NCBI RefSeq assembly: GCF_016433145.1
Contig: NC_058130.1
Span: 45,002,834 to 45,066,833 of the forward strand
Direction of reading: 5' to 3'
DNA: 64,000 nucleotides
DNA from: Gracilinanus agilis
Lineage: Eukaryota
How positions within the stretch are numbered: the first letter of the stretch is position 1; every line of letters begins with the position of its first letter. The notes below the pieces were generated by a model. That model was not told the DNA's origin. It made no database searches and saw only the letters and a program-made list of their open reading frames with translations. Position numbers and translations under genes: made by a program. Below are positions 24,151 through 37,190 of this stretch, in pieces.

Positions 24151-25656
24151 GTTTTTATTCATGTATCATTTAGGTTTAGAATATACAAAATTTTTGCCCC
24201 ATCTAAGTATATATAACTCTTAGAAAGAATATTTTAGCATGTTGTACCCAGATCTCCGCTCTCATTGAGGTTTTGTTCTTTTCTGAGAGCCAGACTTTTT
24301 TTAAACAGAGTGCAGGTTGTCGGAGACACATCTTTAATCACCTTATTTCAGGTTTGATGTCAGGATGAAATGAGATACTCATAAGTTATTGAGTATTTTA
24401 AAAAAGGAAGTTTTCTTTATCCTAAAAGCAAAAATATGCAAGAAGAACACAACAGCACTTTGTCACTCTTGTTTCTGCCCCTCACCCAGCACCCTGATCT
24501 GGAAACATCCCTCGTCAATAAGTTATCAGATATTGGTCACTCCCAAAGTGTTAGCCATCCATCTAGTCGGAGATTCAGACTGTATCCCTCAGAGTCCCTG
24601 GATGATTGGGAAGCTGTTAGCAAAGCCAGAACCCAGTAAGCCGCAAGGGCAACTTTGTCTTAGGTAAAGTCTCCCCATGTTGTATATGGGAAGGAAGAAG
24701 CTACATGGAGGAAATCTTAATCCTAAATCATAAGGATTCTCTCTGGTCCCTGATATTTAGATTGCTAGTGGACACAACCTCCACTTATCTTCTGTTTCCC
24801 ACAGATGTTCATTTTCCTGAACCCATTTTTTTTATTATTGTAGAGTCTTTTTTTCAGGCATTTCTTATTCATAGTTACTTCATTTGCAGTTTTCTAGAGA
24901 AAGATCCTGGAGTGGTTTTCCATGTTCTTTCCCAGTTCATCTTATTTAAGTATGAAAAAACTAAGGCAAACAAAATTAAGTGACTTGCCCAAGGTCACAC
25001 AGATAATAAATATCCAAGGTCAGATTTAAAATGAGGAAGAGACATATTCCTGACTCTTGGCCTCTATAGAACTCTATTTACCATAAAACCTTACTGCACT
25101 TTAGTAGACTTTTAATGTCCAGAGATACTACAATTTTATATCTAATAACTGGGCACTGTCTCTCATTAAATCTTGACTTTTTCTCCAATAAAAGATAAAT
25201 AGTGAATTTGCTTGAGGTGGAATTATTTCAGTGTGATATCTCATTTGCTAGAATCCTATACCTGAAGAATTATCTATTGCATTACAAATTATCAACTATT
25301 ACCTTATTGTGTCACTTGAAATAGAGTAGAATTTGGCATAAAGATAGTTTTCCCGGGCCTGATCTCAAGAGGTTTTACAGTTTAGCATTTAATTGTTCTC
25401 TAATGGTTTCATATATATTAACTGCTATTCACATAGCTATTTAAAGTTTGCAAAGCATTTTACATGCATTATCTCATTTCAGTCTTAGAATAACCCCATA
25501 ATTATTATAATCCCCATTTTTTCCAGATGTGGAAACTGAGGTTCAGAGAAATTCGACTGGATGACTTTTTTACTTGTCTATATAACTTCCCGCAAGTTAT
25601 AATTCTCTCTAAGCCTCAATTTCCTTATGTGTAAGAAGAAGAGGGATGGACCAGAT

Positions 25657-25878
25657 CAAAGGTATCAAAACACCAACTTATGGCCCAAAGTACAACTGAC
25701 TTTACTCTCAAGGCACCAGAAATATATTAAAGCACAAGTGGGAAATGTTTAACAAAATAAATAAAAATATAGAACATAGATAAAGTCTGTACGTGGCTCC
25801 CCAAGTCAATAAGTAGTTCACAGGGCTCTTTATACAAGGTTTAGTTGTGCCAATCACTTTTCAATTTTGATACCACTA
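25657..25878. mobile_element. hAT-type MITE (222 bp) inserted inside a MIR
   Basis: Terminal inverted repeats caaaggtatcaaaa / ttttgataccacta and a degenerate 8-bp TSD gaccagat / ggctaaat (5/8). The MIR sequence resumes on the other side. Confidence 0.7.
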
Positions 25879-26829
25879 GGCTAAATGACTTTGAAGTCCT
25901 CTTCCTGCTTAAGATCTATGTTTCTATATGTTTTACTCTGAAGTTGTATAAATTTACATGTAATGATCATTCATTTAACTCATATCTAATCATATGTAAG
26001 GACAAAAATGAACAATGAAAATTAATCATAGGAAGGAGGTCATGAAAAATATATCTCTGATGATTTTCCTTTATTCTGGGCATTCTGGACATATATCTAT
26101 TGTTAGGCAGAGTAATAGGCTCAATGATCTTTGGAAAAAAATTTAAATATCTATTCTAAAAATATTGACATAATCTATAACTTTTATGTTAGGTGTAGAT
26201 TATGTTAGGCAAAAGAGTTTCACTAACTAGGAAGCAAAGATACTTTATAGCAAAAACCTTTGCACAAATTAATAGAAAAATGTATATTTTAACTATAGAG
26301 GATTCTACATGTGTTATAAAATAGAATATATCATAAATAATGACAAAATTTAAGAATAGTAATTATTATACACCAAATTCCCTCTTAGATTAAGTCCAAA
26401 TGCTTTCAATGGTTTCATATAATTTAATTGTTTCTGAATGTTTCCTTCATCTTTACTCTCTTCTTTTCCCAGAAATAAATACCACAAACCAGAGCAACTA
26501 CCACATAACAGCCTAGCAGCAGACTTTTCCAATTTCACTCTCTACTTATTCTGTTCTTTTCAACAAACTGCTAAAAGTTATCTCCCTTAAGCACTGATCT
26601 TGCTATGCCAATTCTTTTCTCAAAACCATGAATTATTTTTTTCTTTCTTCCAAGTAATGCCCATACTCCTTACTTAAATTAACATTCAAGGCTCTGCCCA
26701 GTTTGATGCCTTGCTATCTCTCCCATTTAATCTATTGTTCTTCTCCACATATTCTTTTTCTTCAGGTGTGTCAGTATGCACTCTGTAGTTTCTCACCTAA
26801 TTGTTTTCCATTGCTATTTTTTATGTCCG

Positions 26830-28070
26830 GAACTTTACCAGTGACCATGTTGACAATAACATTTCCATTTATCCAACAATGAAGACAATTATTAATTAGT
26901 ACATCCAATTGTGTTACCCTATAATCTATATTTCTTCATTTTCCTCAAAAGGATTATTTCAAATATTACATTAAAAATGCTTTGCTAAGATCTAGCTAAA
27001 CTTTATTCATAGCATTCCCCTATCCATCAGTTTAGTAATCCTTTCAAAAAAGGAAATAGGATTAACCTAGCTTGACCACAACACATTGCTGACCTATATT
27101 AAGCTTTCAGTCTACTAAGAACACCAAATAATTTTCATGTCAACTGATGTCTACTCATACTTCCCCATTATCACAACTGTGATGTTTTTTGTAACTTTGT
27201 AATCATTCACGAGACCATTTTTTACCCTACCAAATCTCATCTTATTAGATTCAGCCCAGAATTTTCAATATTCTAGCCTGTGCACTGTGAGCAACACCTC
27301 CCAGCTTTGTGACATCTTCATATTTGATAGGCATACAATTTATACCTCTAATCACAATAATAATAAAGCATATTAAATGTTGGCCCACTTTACTAGTGAC
27401 CATATGGATAATAAACAATACTATTAATCTATTCATAAATGCATTTATTAATCCACATTTCTGTATTACCATGCCATTCATATACCTTCACCTTTTAGAT
27501 GAAGAAGGATATAAAATAATTATTTGATATTCTTGACATAAATACTTTTTTCCCAAAAAATCTATATAAGCTAAAACCAGAGTATTCCCCTTATCAACCA
27601 GTTTAGTAATCCTTTCAAAAAAGGAAATGAGGTTAGTCTGGCATGACCTATTCTTGATGAAAACATGCTGGCTCTTTGTAATTGCTATTTCCTTTTGTTG
27701 TTAAGCAATCATTTTTTTTAGATCCAATTTAGAAGTTTTCCAAGAAGTGGAGTCAAGCTAGCTGTCCAATAGTTCATAGAAAATATTCTGTTATCTTTTT
27801 TTGAAAATCAGGACATTTTCCTTTCCAAACTTGTGATACTTCTTCTATTTTCTGTGATCTTTCAAATATTGCTGACAGAGGATCAGGACTAATATCTTCC
27901 ATTGATTTTAAGACCTGAGGATGCAATTCATCTGTGCCAGAAGAATTGAATTCATCTGGGATAGCTAGGTATTCTCTTACTATATTCTTATTAATCTTGG
28001 CCAAAAACTCCATATTCTTCAGTTTTTAGTTCTGCTCTTTCCAATCCAAAGGTCATTCTGCTTTGCAGAG
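26830..28070 (-). mobile_element. CR1/L3 LINE ORF2 fragments (reverse transcriptase region), decayed and partly repeated
   Basis: ORF 27774..28013 (VREYL..SGTDELHPQVLK..PLSAIFERS) and ORF 27251..27481 (IKYEDVTKLGG, cf. CR1 KFADDTKLGG). Confidence 0.9.
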
Positions 28071-29284
28071 AAAACAGAAACACTATAACTATTGAAGGGC
28101 TGTGTCTTCATCCTGATGGCAGTGACTATTGACTATTATCTCCTCAACCCTAAGCAAAATGGCATATTCCTTCAATGACCCTCCTTTTCTCTCACCCTAA
28201 CAAAACAAAACAAAGAAAGGAACAAAAAACCTCATAATTTATGTTGTCATTTGTTTCCCTTAAGTAGACACTGTTCATTTTGAGGTATAGAATTCCTCGC
28301 AGTATTTTATGGGACCCAGGACAGTCATCTATTTATCTTATACTAATTTTCCTTATTTGAATTTTCTCTTTTTATGATTTATACATGTATATGTAAATAT
28401 GAATAACTATGCATATAGGACTTATTTGCCTAAACACGCACATAATACATATGAAAGTGAATGCATATCAATATTCTTATAAAACTTATGTATATACACA
28501 TGTAGAGTCATATATATATATTGCTCATATCTTTATGTAATTTTTATCTGTGTATCTGTTTACCTATATCTTATCTAGATGGGGATGGGATGAGAGAGGA
28601 GAGAGAAAGAATCCCTCCTGGTTGACTTCTGCAGTATTTTTGTCTTTGGAATTCTTCCTCTCTTTCCTCTGCTTTTTTTTTTTTTTTACAATATCTATAG
28701 GATTTCATACTGTCCCCAGATTTCTTCTCCTCTGTCACAAATTCTAAAATGGAGAGGTGCCTTCTTCTCCTTAATGTTAAGATCCAGCCAAGAAATCAGT
28801 TCCTTTCTTTTAAAGAGAATGAAATACTGAATAGAATATCCATTTGTTTAAATACCATTTGAAAACTATAATTATCAGTAAGGCAAGTCAAAAATTGTTA
28901 GCTACTCTGCTTTCAGTATATGCTCCAGTGAATTTCTGAATAACTGCTCCTAGTCCACTTCCATCATTACTATATCATGCCTCTGTGCCAGGCTATAGAT
29001 CTATTTCCCAAACTCTTTATCTATTTCTTATTTCCATACAGGTGACCTATATTATATTCCAATGGCACTATCTCCTATTTGACTCTCTTTTTTCACCCAA
29101 ATACTCTCATTGTTTCCACCACTGATTCTCGGATTTACTTATATGAGAAGGGCTTCTAAAGTCATAGGATAGCCATGAGTTTCCTTCTATCAAATATCAA
29201 TGATAAATAAAAGATCCATTTTGTATCCTTGTATTAGACCTCTTTTTTTCCTAAATTTTTTTAGCATTTATGTATAGACTTTTG

Positions 29285-29637
29285 AAGAGACAGCTAGATG
29301 GTTTAGTAAATGGAGTGCTGGACCTGGAGTCAGAAAGACATGAGTTTAAAACTACTCTCAAACACTTAGCTGTATGACCCTGAGCAAGTCATTTAACCTC
29401 TGCCCAGGGTTCAGCTAAATGGCTTAGAGTATAAAGAACTAGATCTGTAGTCAGGAAGACCTAAGTTCAAATCTGGCCTCAGATATTTACTAGCTGTGTG
29501 ACCCTGGACAAATCTCTTAGCTTCTGTTTGCATTAATCCACTAGAGAAGAAAATGAGAAATTACTACAATATTTTTGCCAAGAAAATTCCAGAAAGGGTC
29601 ACAAAGAGGTAGACAAAATTAACCAATTGAACAACAT
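29285..29637 (+). mobile_element. MIR head fragment followed by a MAR1-type SINE
   Basis: Two consecutive cagctagatgg / cagctaaatgg heads. The second has CORE and the MAR1 tail (atttttgccaagaaaa..gggtcacaaagag..aacaac). Confidence 0.85.
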
Positions 29638-30907
29638 TTTTGAAGACTAATGTTATACTGAACTCTTGGACTTTGTCTCCTATAAATTTCTGTGTGTCTA
29701 AGCTACTATTAGTCCTTTGTGGCTTCTCTATGTATCATATAAATTAGAGAATATAGAAACTGTCTCCTCGCTCTTTATCTTTATTAGTTGGAAGTTCTTT
29801 GGTTTAGATTTGCAAAACACATGGTAAATATATTCTTACAAGGAGATGTATTCCACCTTTATGCCAAAATTTCATCAACTTTGCCATGAACCAGAAAGCT
29901 AATACCAACTTTTTACCAGTTCTTTAATGCCAAAATGCTTTTTCATTTCAATATCTTTTGTCTTAAATGAACAATATAACTGAAAATACAACCTGTGCCC
30001 CTTTAGCTGTTGGTTTCTAGCCCAAATTTTCACAATTATTAACCACACTTTTGAGGTTACTTTTAGAGCTGTCAGTTGTGCCCACATGATCCACCAGAAG
30101 AGGAGAACTGTCATCCATTTAGTATGTCACAGAAGACTTTTATGTTAGTTCTTGCATATATACTCTCAGAAGACAGACAGTAGACCTCTATCATATTTTT
30201 TAGCTCAACAGGTACATATCTAAGTAGTTCTGAGCAGGAAATTAGCAAATAATTCTGTTCTCTTCTTCCATCCCTTAAAAGATCTCACATAACAATTTGG
30301 ATATTCTCTATCATCCTTGGGAAAACAAACAAACTTTGGTATTTTCTCTTCAGAGAATTCACTTCTTTTCTCTTTAGGGAGAGCCTGAAATCTGCTTTTA
30401 AGTTCTAATTGTACAGTTGTTCTTTTCCTTCCCTTCCTCTTCTGCATAACAGTCTTCTATTTTCCAACATCCTTACAAAGGTCAAGTCTTTCATCCTCAA
30501 TATTGTAGCTCTTTCATTTTCATTGAAGCTATACTTATGTTTCTTTTAGGATCTTTGAAGGTATACTTACATCTCTTTTTAGGATGAGTGAGGGCACTCA
30601 TTCTTTAAAAAAACCAACAACAAAAAAACTAACAGAAAATCCTGATATGGAGAAAGATTCTTTGAGTTCCTTTCCTTTCTCATTCAGGAAAATGATCAGC
30701 CTACATTTAAAACACAGATAGCAATTTTGATTAAATTAATTTGTATTAAATCTCTACCTAATCATTGCAAGTCAACTATTCTGGCCACTCTTCTATGAAA
30801 TTTTCCATGATCCTTCTTCCCCATACAACTCTCATAGCACTTTGCCTGAAGCTTTTTTAGGCATTACTATATATTATAGGGTTTTGTCCAGCAAGTAGAC
30901 AATGAAT

Positions 30908-31412
30908 ATTTTTTTAAAATGTCTGGATTATACTAAATGTATTATCACCCAAATCATATTTCCATATTATTCTTTTTTACAAGTGAATAATATTACATAA
31001 CCAAAATCCCCAAACATATACCCAAATAAACAAGTGATAAATCATATGCTTTCATCTGCATTCCGACTCCAACAGTTTTTTCCTCTGGACATGGATGCCA
31101 TTGTTTTTCATAAGTTCCTCAAAATAGTCCTATATCATTGCATTGCTGTTAGTAGTGAAGTCTATCAACTATAATCCTTCCATAATATTTCAGTTACTGT
31201 GTATCATGTTCTCCTGGTTCTGCTCATTTCTTCTGCATCAGTTCACATAGGCCTTTCCAGCTCTTTCTGAAATAATCCTGTTCATCATTCTTTATAGTAC
31301 AATAGTATTACATCCTCATTGTATATCACAAATTGTTCAGTCATTTCCACAAATGAGGAGTATCTCTTTCATTTCCAATTCTTTTGTCACCAGAAAAAGA
31401 ATCTAGTAAATG
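30908..31412 (-). mobile_element. LINE-1 3' end (ORF2 tail + 3' UTR)
   Basis: ctcctggttctgctcat..gcatcagttcacatagg..acaatagtattacat is similar to the L1 at 4960-5290. Confidence 0.9.
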
Positions 31413-34400
31413 AAAAAGAAAGAATTAAAAAATGTTGTGATGAATATGGAAGATAACAAAGGAAAACTTCCTCACCAGAAAATGTTTTGTTTATTAATTT
31501 CTTTATTTTCTTACTTAAAAATGAGGTCAACAAATCTATTTGAATCTCTGCTATCAATTTACTACTGTGCTTGTCTCCTAAATCCTTCAATTCATTAATT
31601 TATATGCCTATTTACTTCACATCTGTGTTGTTTTGGGGATCAAATTAATCATAATGCTCTTTATGAGAGAAACATGCATCAGGAAAGGAAAATACATCTT
31701 CATGTGATTATGAAAGTAAAAGAATTTGAATGTTTCATCTTTCAAATATATGCAGGTGCAATTTATTGGTATAGTAACCATAACTATGGGCAAGAACTCT
31801 TCTAAATTGCAATTCCAGGACCATGTCAGAATTTAACTAATCAAACGAGGGTCAGAGCTCAATATTCACTGCCTCACTTCTGTTGAAGGTCTCAACTGTA
31901 GTGATAAGTCTCACAGATCACCTTGTCCTGTATCATCATGTAGATTAGAAAAGATAATTAGAAAAAAAAACTTTTGCTTAGTTTTCTGCTTTAAGAAGAG
32001 ACATCATTCTGTAATTTCTTTTGACTCTTTTTGGATCCCCAGGTCTTACCAATGCCTGAAACATAGTAGGTGTTTAATAAATATCAGTTGACTGATTGAT
32101 ATAAGGCCACTTTTGTAGTAAAAAAAAACCTAGGTTAAAACAGACAAATCACTTAACCTCTAAGTGCCACCCCAAACAACTCTCTAAGATTTGGCTGTGT
32201 ATGAGTTATGAATATTAGTATAGATATATTCACCTAAATGTCTATATATGTACCATTATTTATACAGGGTTTCCCAAAATTCTATGTTCACTTTTAAGCT
32301 ATTAAAGCTTATGGACTTTTCCATTTAAATTACAAAATGTTTTCCTAATAGTCATGTGAGTTTAGTGATAAAAACATGATGACCTGCATTTCAAAGAAGA
32401 AAGAATTTTTTTTTGCCTCAGCATATACATTTGCATTTATTGAATTTCTGAGCCCACAATATACTAGCATCTTTGGTTGTCATGTCAACTTTTATACAAG
32501 AAGAAAGAATTTTAAAGAAGTAAGGACTTGCTCAAGGGCTCTGGCTAGTAAATAGCAGAGTAAGGACTGAAACTCAGGTAGTACAGAGTTTGTGTTTGTT
32601 TTGCTAATTCATGCTTCCTTAGAATAGCAACAGAACTAAAGCATATATTCAGTAGGCCATTCACCAAAAGTTTATTAAGCATCAAATGTATTTAAGGAAC
32701 TGTGCTTGGCTCTTAAGACACAAAGATAAAAATGAAAAATTTCCTCCTTTAAAAGAACTTGCATTTTATTGGGGAGAAATATAATGTATATGAAGTAATA
32801 AAAATAATTTCTAGAGGCAGTCAGTGTTAACAATTAGGGAGGTCATAAAAGGTGTCATGAAGAAAGGGACACCTGATCTCTGCTTTAAATTAAAACTGTA
32901 TCTATTTCAAGCAAGTTTTTATTATTTGGATATAATACTGTATTCTTAATTGCCTAAATTCTTCTGATCAAGTTTACAGGTAACAGGTGAGAGACACTTT
33001 GCAAAGCCAATGAATATTGATTTTCATTCATTTCTCAGCTACGCCATTCAGCCATTCAGATAAGCACATAGTTACATTGAATCACATGTGTATATTTTAC
33101 CTATACAGTAGTATAGGGCACAGGAAGGGATCCCGAGCAAAAGAAATATGTATAGTCAAATGTTCTCAGCGGAATCACTGTAGCCTTATTTTTCTCTTCC
33201 ATTTAAACAATTATATCATCATATTAAGCACATCTTTTTAGAAATAGATTATTTTAAAGTCTGAGATACTTCAGGGTCAGGAAAGTAAATTATGCCCCCA
33301 TGTCCCCCACTGTCCTGTATGTATATTATATATAAAATATATATTGCATACATGCATGAACTATGCTATTGATAATAGAGCGGATAGCCAATAATGACTC
33401 ATTCATAACAAATGGTGCCCTCCAAATACAATAACCCAAGTCATTTTTATTATAAAAATGTTGACCATATACAAAAGGAAATTATGGAAAATCAATAAAA
33501 CATTGTTCAGATCTCGAACGTCGATTTCATGAGAAATATAACCTAAGTATCCACTGGATCCCAAATGAGCTGTGTCCTCCAACATATAAGCTTATAGTAA
33601 AGCAGCCCAGCATGTGAAGATCTATTTTTGAATGTGTGCTTAAAGACAACTAATACCTGGCATAGAACTTATGAATACCTGATAAATATCTGAAAGCCTA
33701 AATTATTAGGACTTTTTCTGCAGACAAATCTCCCAATGAGGTAGAAGAAAATGCAGACAAATCTCTCCTCCCTTTTGTCATAAAGTTTTTGAAAAGAAGA
33801 GCATTTTATTGGACTCCATGGTTATCTATAATTTATGCAAGATGATAACACTGTACTCTCAGAGATATTATGCAAAAGAGAAAGAAAAAGTTTCCACCAT
33901 TTCTTTCTGGAAAACACTTTCTCCTTGTTTGCCTCATTCTGAAATGTGTCTGCCTGAGCATGATCAATGTTCATTAAGTGCAGTAAAGTGACAGGTACAC
34001 AGAATGGCCCAGAATGTTTGTGTATCTCAGCTTCCCATAATGAATAAATGGACCATCGGCTCCCAAACACAGCTGTGCCATCCATAACTCTGGATTTGAC
34101 ACTTGACTGCCCTTAGGAGTCTGTTTGTCAAAAAGAGTCCATTTGAAAAAAATGGCAAAGAAATCACTTGTAAAGCTTTTTGGAAGGCCGTTAAAGAGAA
34201 GATGCTTGGGTTCACCAATTCTCACAGTCAGATTTATTTGAGATGAATCAATTATTTATTCTATGGGTTATCAGTTTGTTACCCTGTGAGTTCACTCAAA
34301 GTTCATTTTATGAAAGGAAAAGAGAGGCATTGTTCTGCACTCTATCAGAAATATGAAATCAGCTTGAAGAAGAAGGACCAGCACAATTCTCTACAGCTAA

Positions 34401-36939
34401 TGTGGTTCAGAAAGGAAATTCTGCTGTCATCAAAAATCCAGCACTGGATGGCAAGAGGTGACTAGGATGATAAAATCACTGTAAGGGACTGTGGTTTCAT
34501 TTGGGAGAAACAGCCTGTATCATCATCTGATGATCATAGCCTAGGCTGGAGGCTATCTTTCAATGACAAATGTTCCTTGTTAGCCATAGTTCCCGACATG
34601 ATGGAAAGCAAAACATCACCAACTCCATGATGTCGTTCAGGCCTCCTTATCAGTTTAGGGAGAAAAGACTCCTTTCATTTCCCAGAGTTCTTAGAATGAA
34701 GAAATTGGTATTTGGGTAGGGAGTGAGCATCTGTGTATGTGTGTGGGGGAATTAACATTAAAATAGTAAGCTAGAGAGTAGGTGATGCTACTGATCAGAT
34801 CTATGAGCCCCACTGCATTCACTTAACCCCCAGCAACTCCAACGAAGCAGAGACAGTATGAACAATCCCCCCACAATTATCTTGAAAATCTCCTGAACAG
34901 GTCTTCAAATTCATATATTCAGATATATATCTACCCGCCCATCCATCCATATACATCCATTTATCTAATTTTCCATTTGTCTGTTTGTCTGGTCATAGAT
35001 TTAGTGTTTGAAGGACTTAAGAGGTTCATAAATGAAAAACTGAGCCAATCATCTATTAATAGAGGCTAAATACCTGTTAAGAAATACCCACACCCCCCCC
35101 ACACACACACTTTCAACTATACTGCTAAAAACCAGCAAGAAACTGCTTGAACTAAAAACATTAGCAATTATGAACACTTAAACATATAGCAAAGAAGTGG
35201 ATCATCCAAAACCAAAATTATCTTATAGTTGTTTTTTTTCTCTCCAGTGAAGGTGAAGAGGGAAGCAGAGAAAACAAATGCTACTTAATTGAAAAAAAAT
35301 TAGAATGCATAATAATTTGAAACATTAGTGGCAAAATTGCCCATATCCCCCTCATTAATTAAGTTTCTTAGTTTTGACTCAGAATAAGAAGTATTTATTA
35401 CTGAAATCTCAGCATATACAATTTATTTTCTTCTAAAGAATAATTATTGGCAATAATGATAATAAAATCTAGTATTTATAAAGCACTTTGAGGTTAGTAA
35501 AATATATTACAAAATTATTTCCTTTTATCTTCAACCTGGGAGGTAGATTCTATTATTAATCCCATTTTACAGAGTAACAAACTAAAGCAGAGTAACAAAC
35601 TGAATGGCTTTCCTAGAGTCACCCAGAGGACTTGGAACTCAGATCTTTCTGACTGCAGGTCCAGCATTCTAATGCACCATTAATAACAAATTGAACATGG
35701 TAACAGCTTCATGTAAGATTTTCCAGCCTCCCTTTCTGGCCTCTCCAATCTATTCTCCCTATTGTTGACAGACTAATATTGCATAGGTAGATATCTGTCC
35801 ATGTTATTCCTCTGCTCAAAAGTCTCTCATAGCTTTTTGTTATTTACCTAATATTCATGCTACTTATGGTACCTGGACCAGTCCACCTTCTTGTCTTTAC
35901 CTTAAAAGTTCTTCTTACCCATTTTTAAGCCTGTTTTCAAAAGCTAAGTTCTGTTAGAAGCCTTTCTCAGTTCCTTCCCACCCTCCTCTTATTAATAAAT
36001 CCCTCTTCTTGGGGGAGTATTGTGTAGTGCATAAAATCAGGAGAACCCTGGTCCAAATATTTGCTCCAATGTTAATCAGATATATTAGTTGATTTCTCTG
36101 AATTTTTGCCATTTCAGGATAAAAATAACTCTAGTATTTGTCACACCCACAGGATTGTTGTGAAGCTTAAGTAAGACTATTTCACAAATGTAGAGCTATA
36201 TAGGGAAACTAAAGTTCAGGAACTTTAAGTGAATGGGTCACAAAACTCATGTCTTATTGATTCTAAGGCCAGGACCATATCCATCAGCTTTGCTTAAATT
36301 CATAACTAAATTCTAGTTCTTATTTATTAGATTTTATGTTATATTTTGTCATATAAACCTCTAATGTCCATACCTCATACATTAATATTGTAAATTAGAG
36401 TTGTTTATACTCTATGGCCACCCCTCTCCTGGGTAAAGTTCCATGAAATCAAAGATCATACATTTTCTAAGTTGTCTATCATCTTCAGACTTGTCCCAAT
36501 TCTTTCTACATAGTAAGTAATTAATAAATATCTATTCAATGAATCAATAAATTTTTAAAGGGAAAGAAAGCTTATAGGGCACCTCATTTAACTCTTGTCA
36601 TTTTTTTTAAAGGTCTAGAAAATTCTGTAATTTGTCTAAGGTTCTCAGTGGTATATGCTGGGGCAAAAATTCAAACTCAGGTGTCCTACTCCAAATAAAA
36701 TACTGCATCCACTTACAGAATTACAAGATTTCATTGTGAGAGGGTCTATTATACATTTTTAAGTTTATCATTTGTAAACGTAGATTGTGGCTTAATGGGT
36801 AACCTCTTAGTGCATTCAAGTCAGAGGATTGCCTTTGTGTTATTTAACTGTCAAACCAGAATTTGTATGTAAATGATTACCCAAATAAATGTTTTGTTTT
36901 TGAAGAAATGAAGTCAAAATGAGTTATATCGCTCCTTTC

Positions 36940-37190
36940 AGTTGTTTAGTCACTTTTTTTTCAGTCGTGTCTGACTGTGACCCCATTTGGGCTTTTCCTG
37001 GCAACAATACTGGGGTGGTTTGCCATTTGTTTCTTCATTTTTTTCAGATGAGGAAACTGAGGTAAATAGAGTTAAGTGAGTTGCCTAGAATCATATACCT
37101 GGTAAGTATCTGAAAACAGTTTTGAACACAGGAAGATGAGTTGCATTGAATCCAGGCATGACCCTCTATCCACTGTACCACCGAGCTTCC
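36940..37190 (-). mobile_element. MAR1-type SINE
   Basis: cagtcgtgtctgactgtgaccccatttggg..ggtttgccattt..cagatgaggaaactgagg. Confidence 0.9.
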
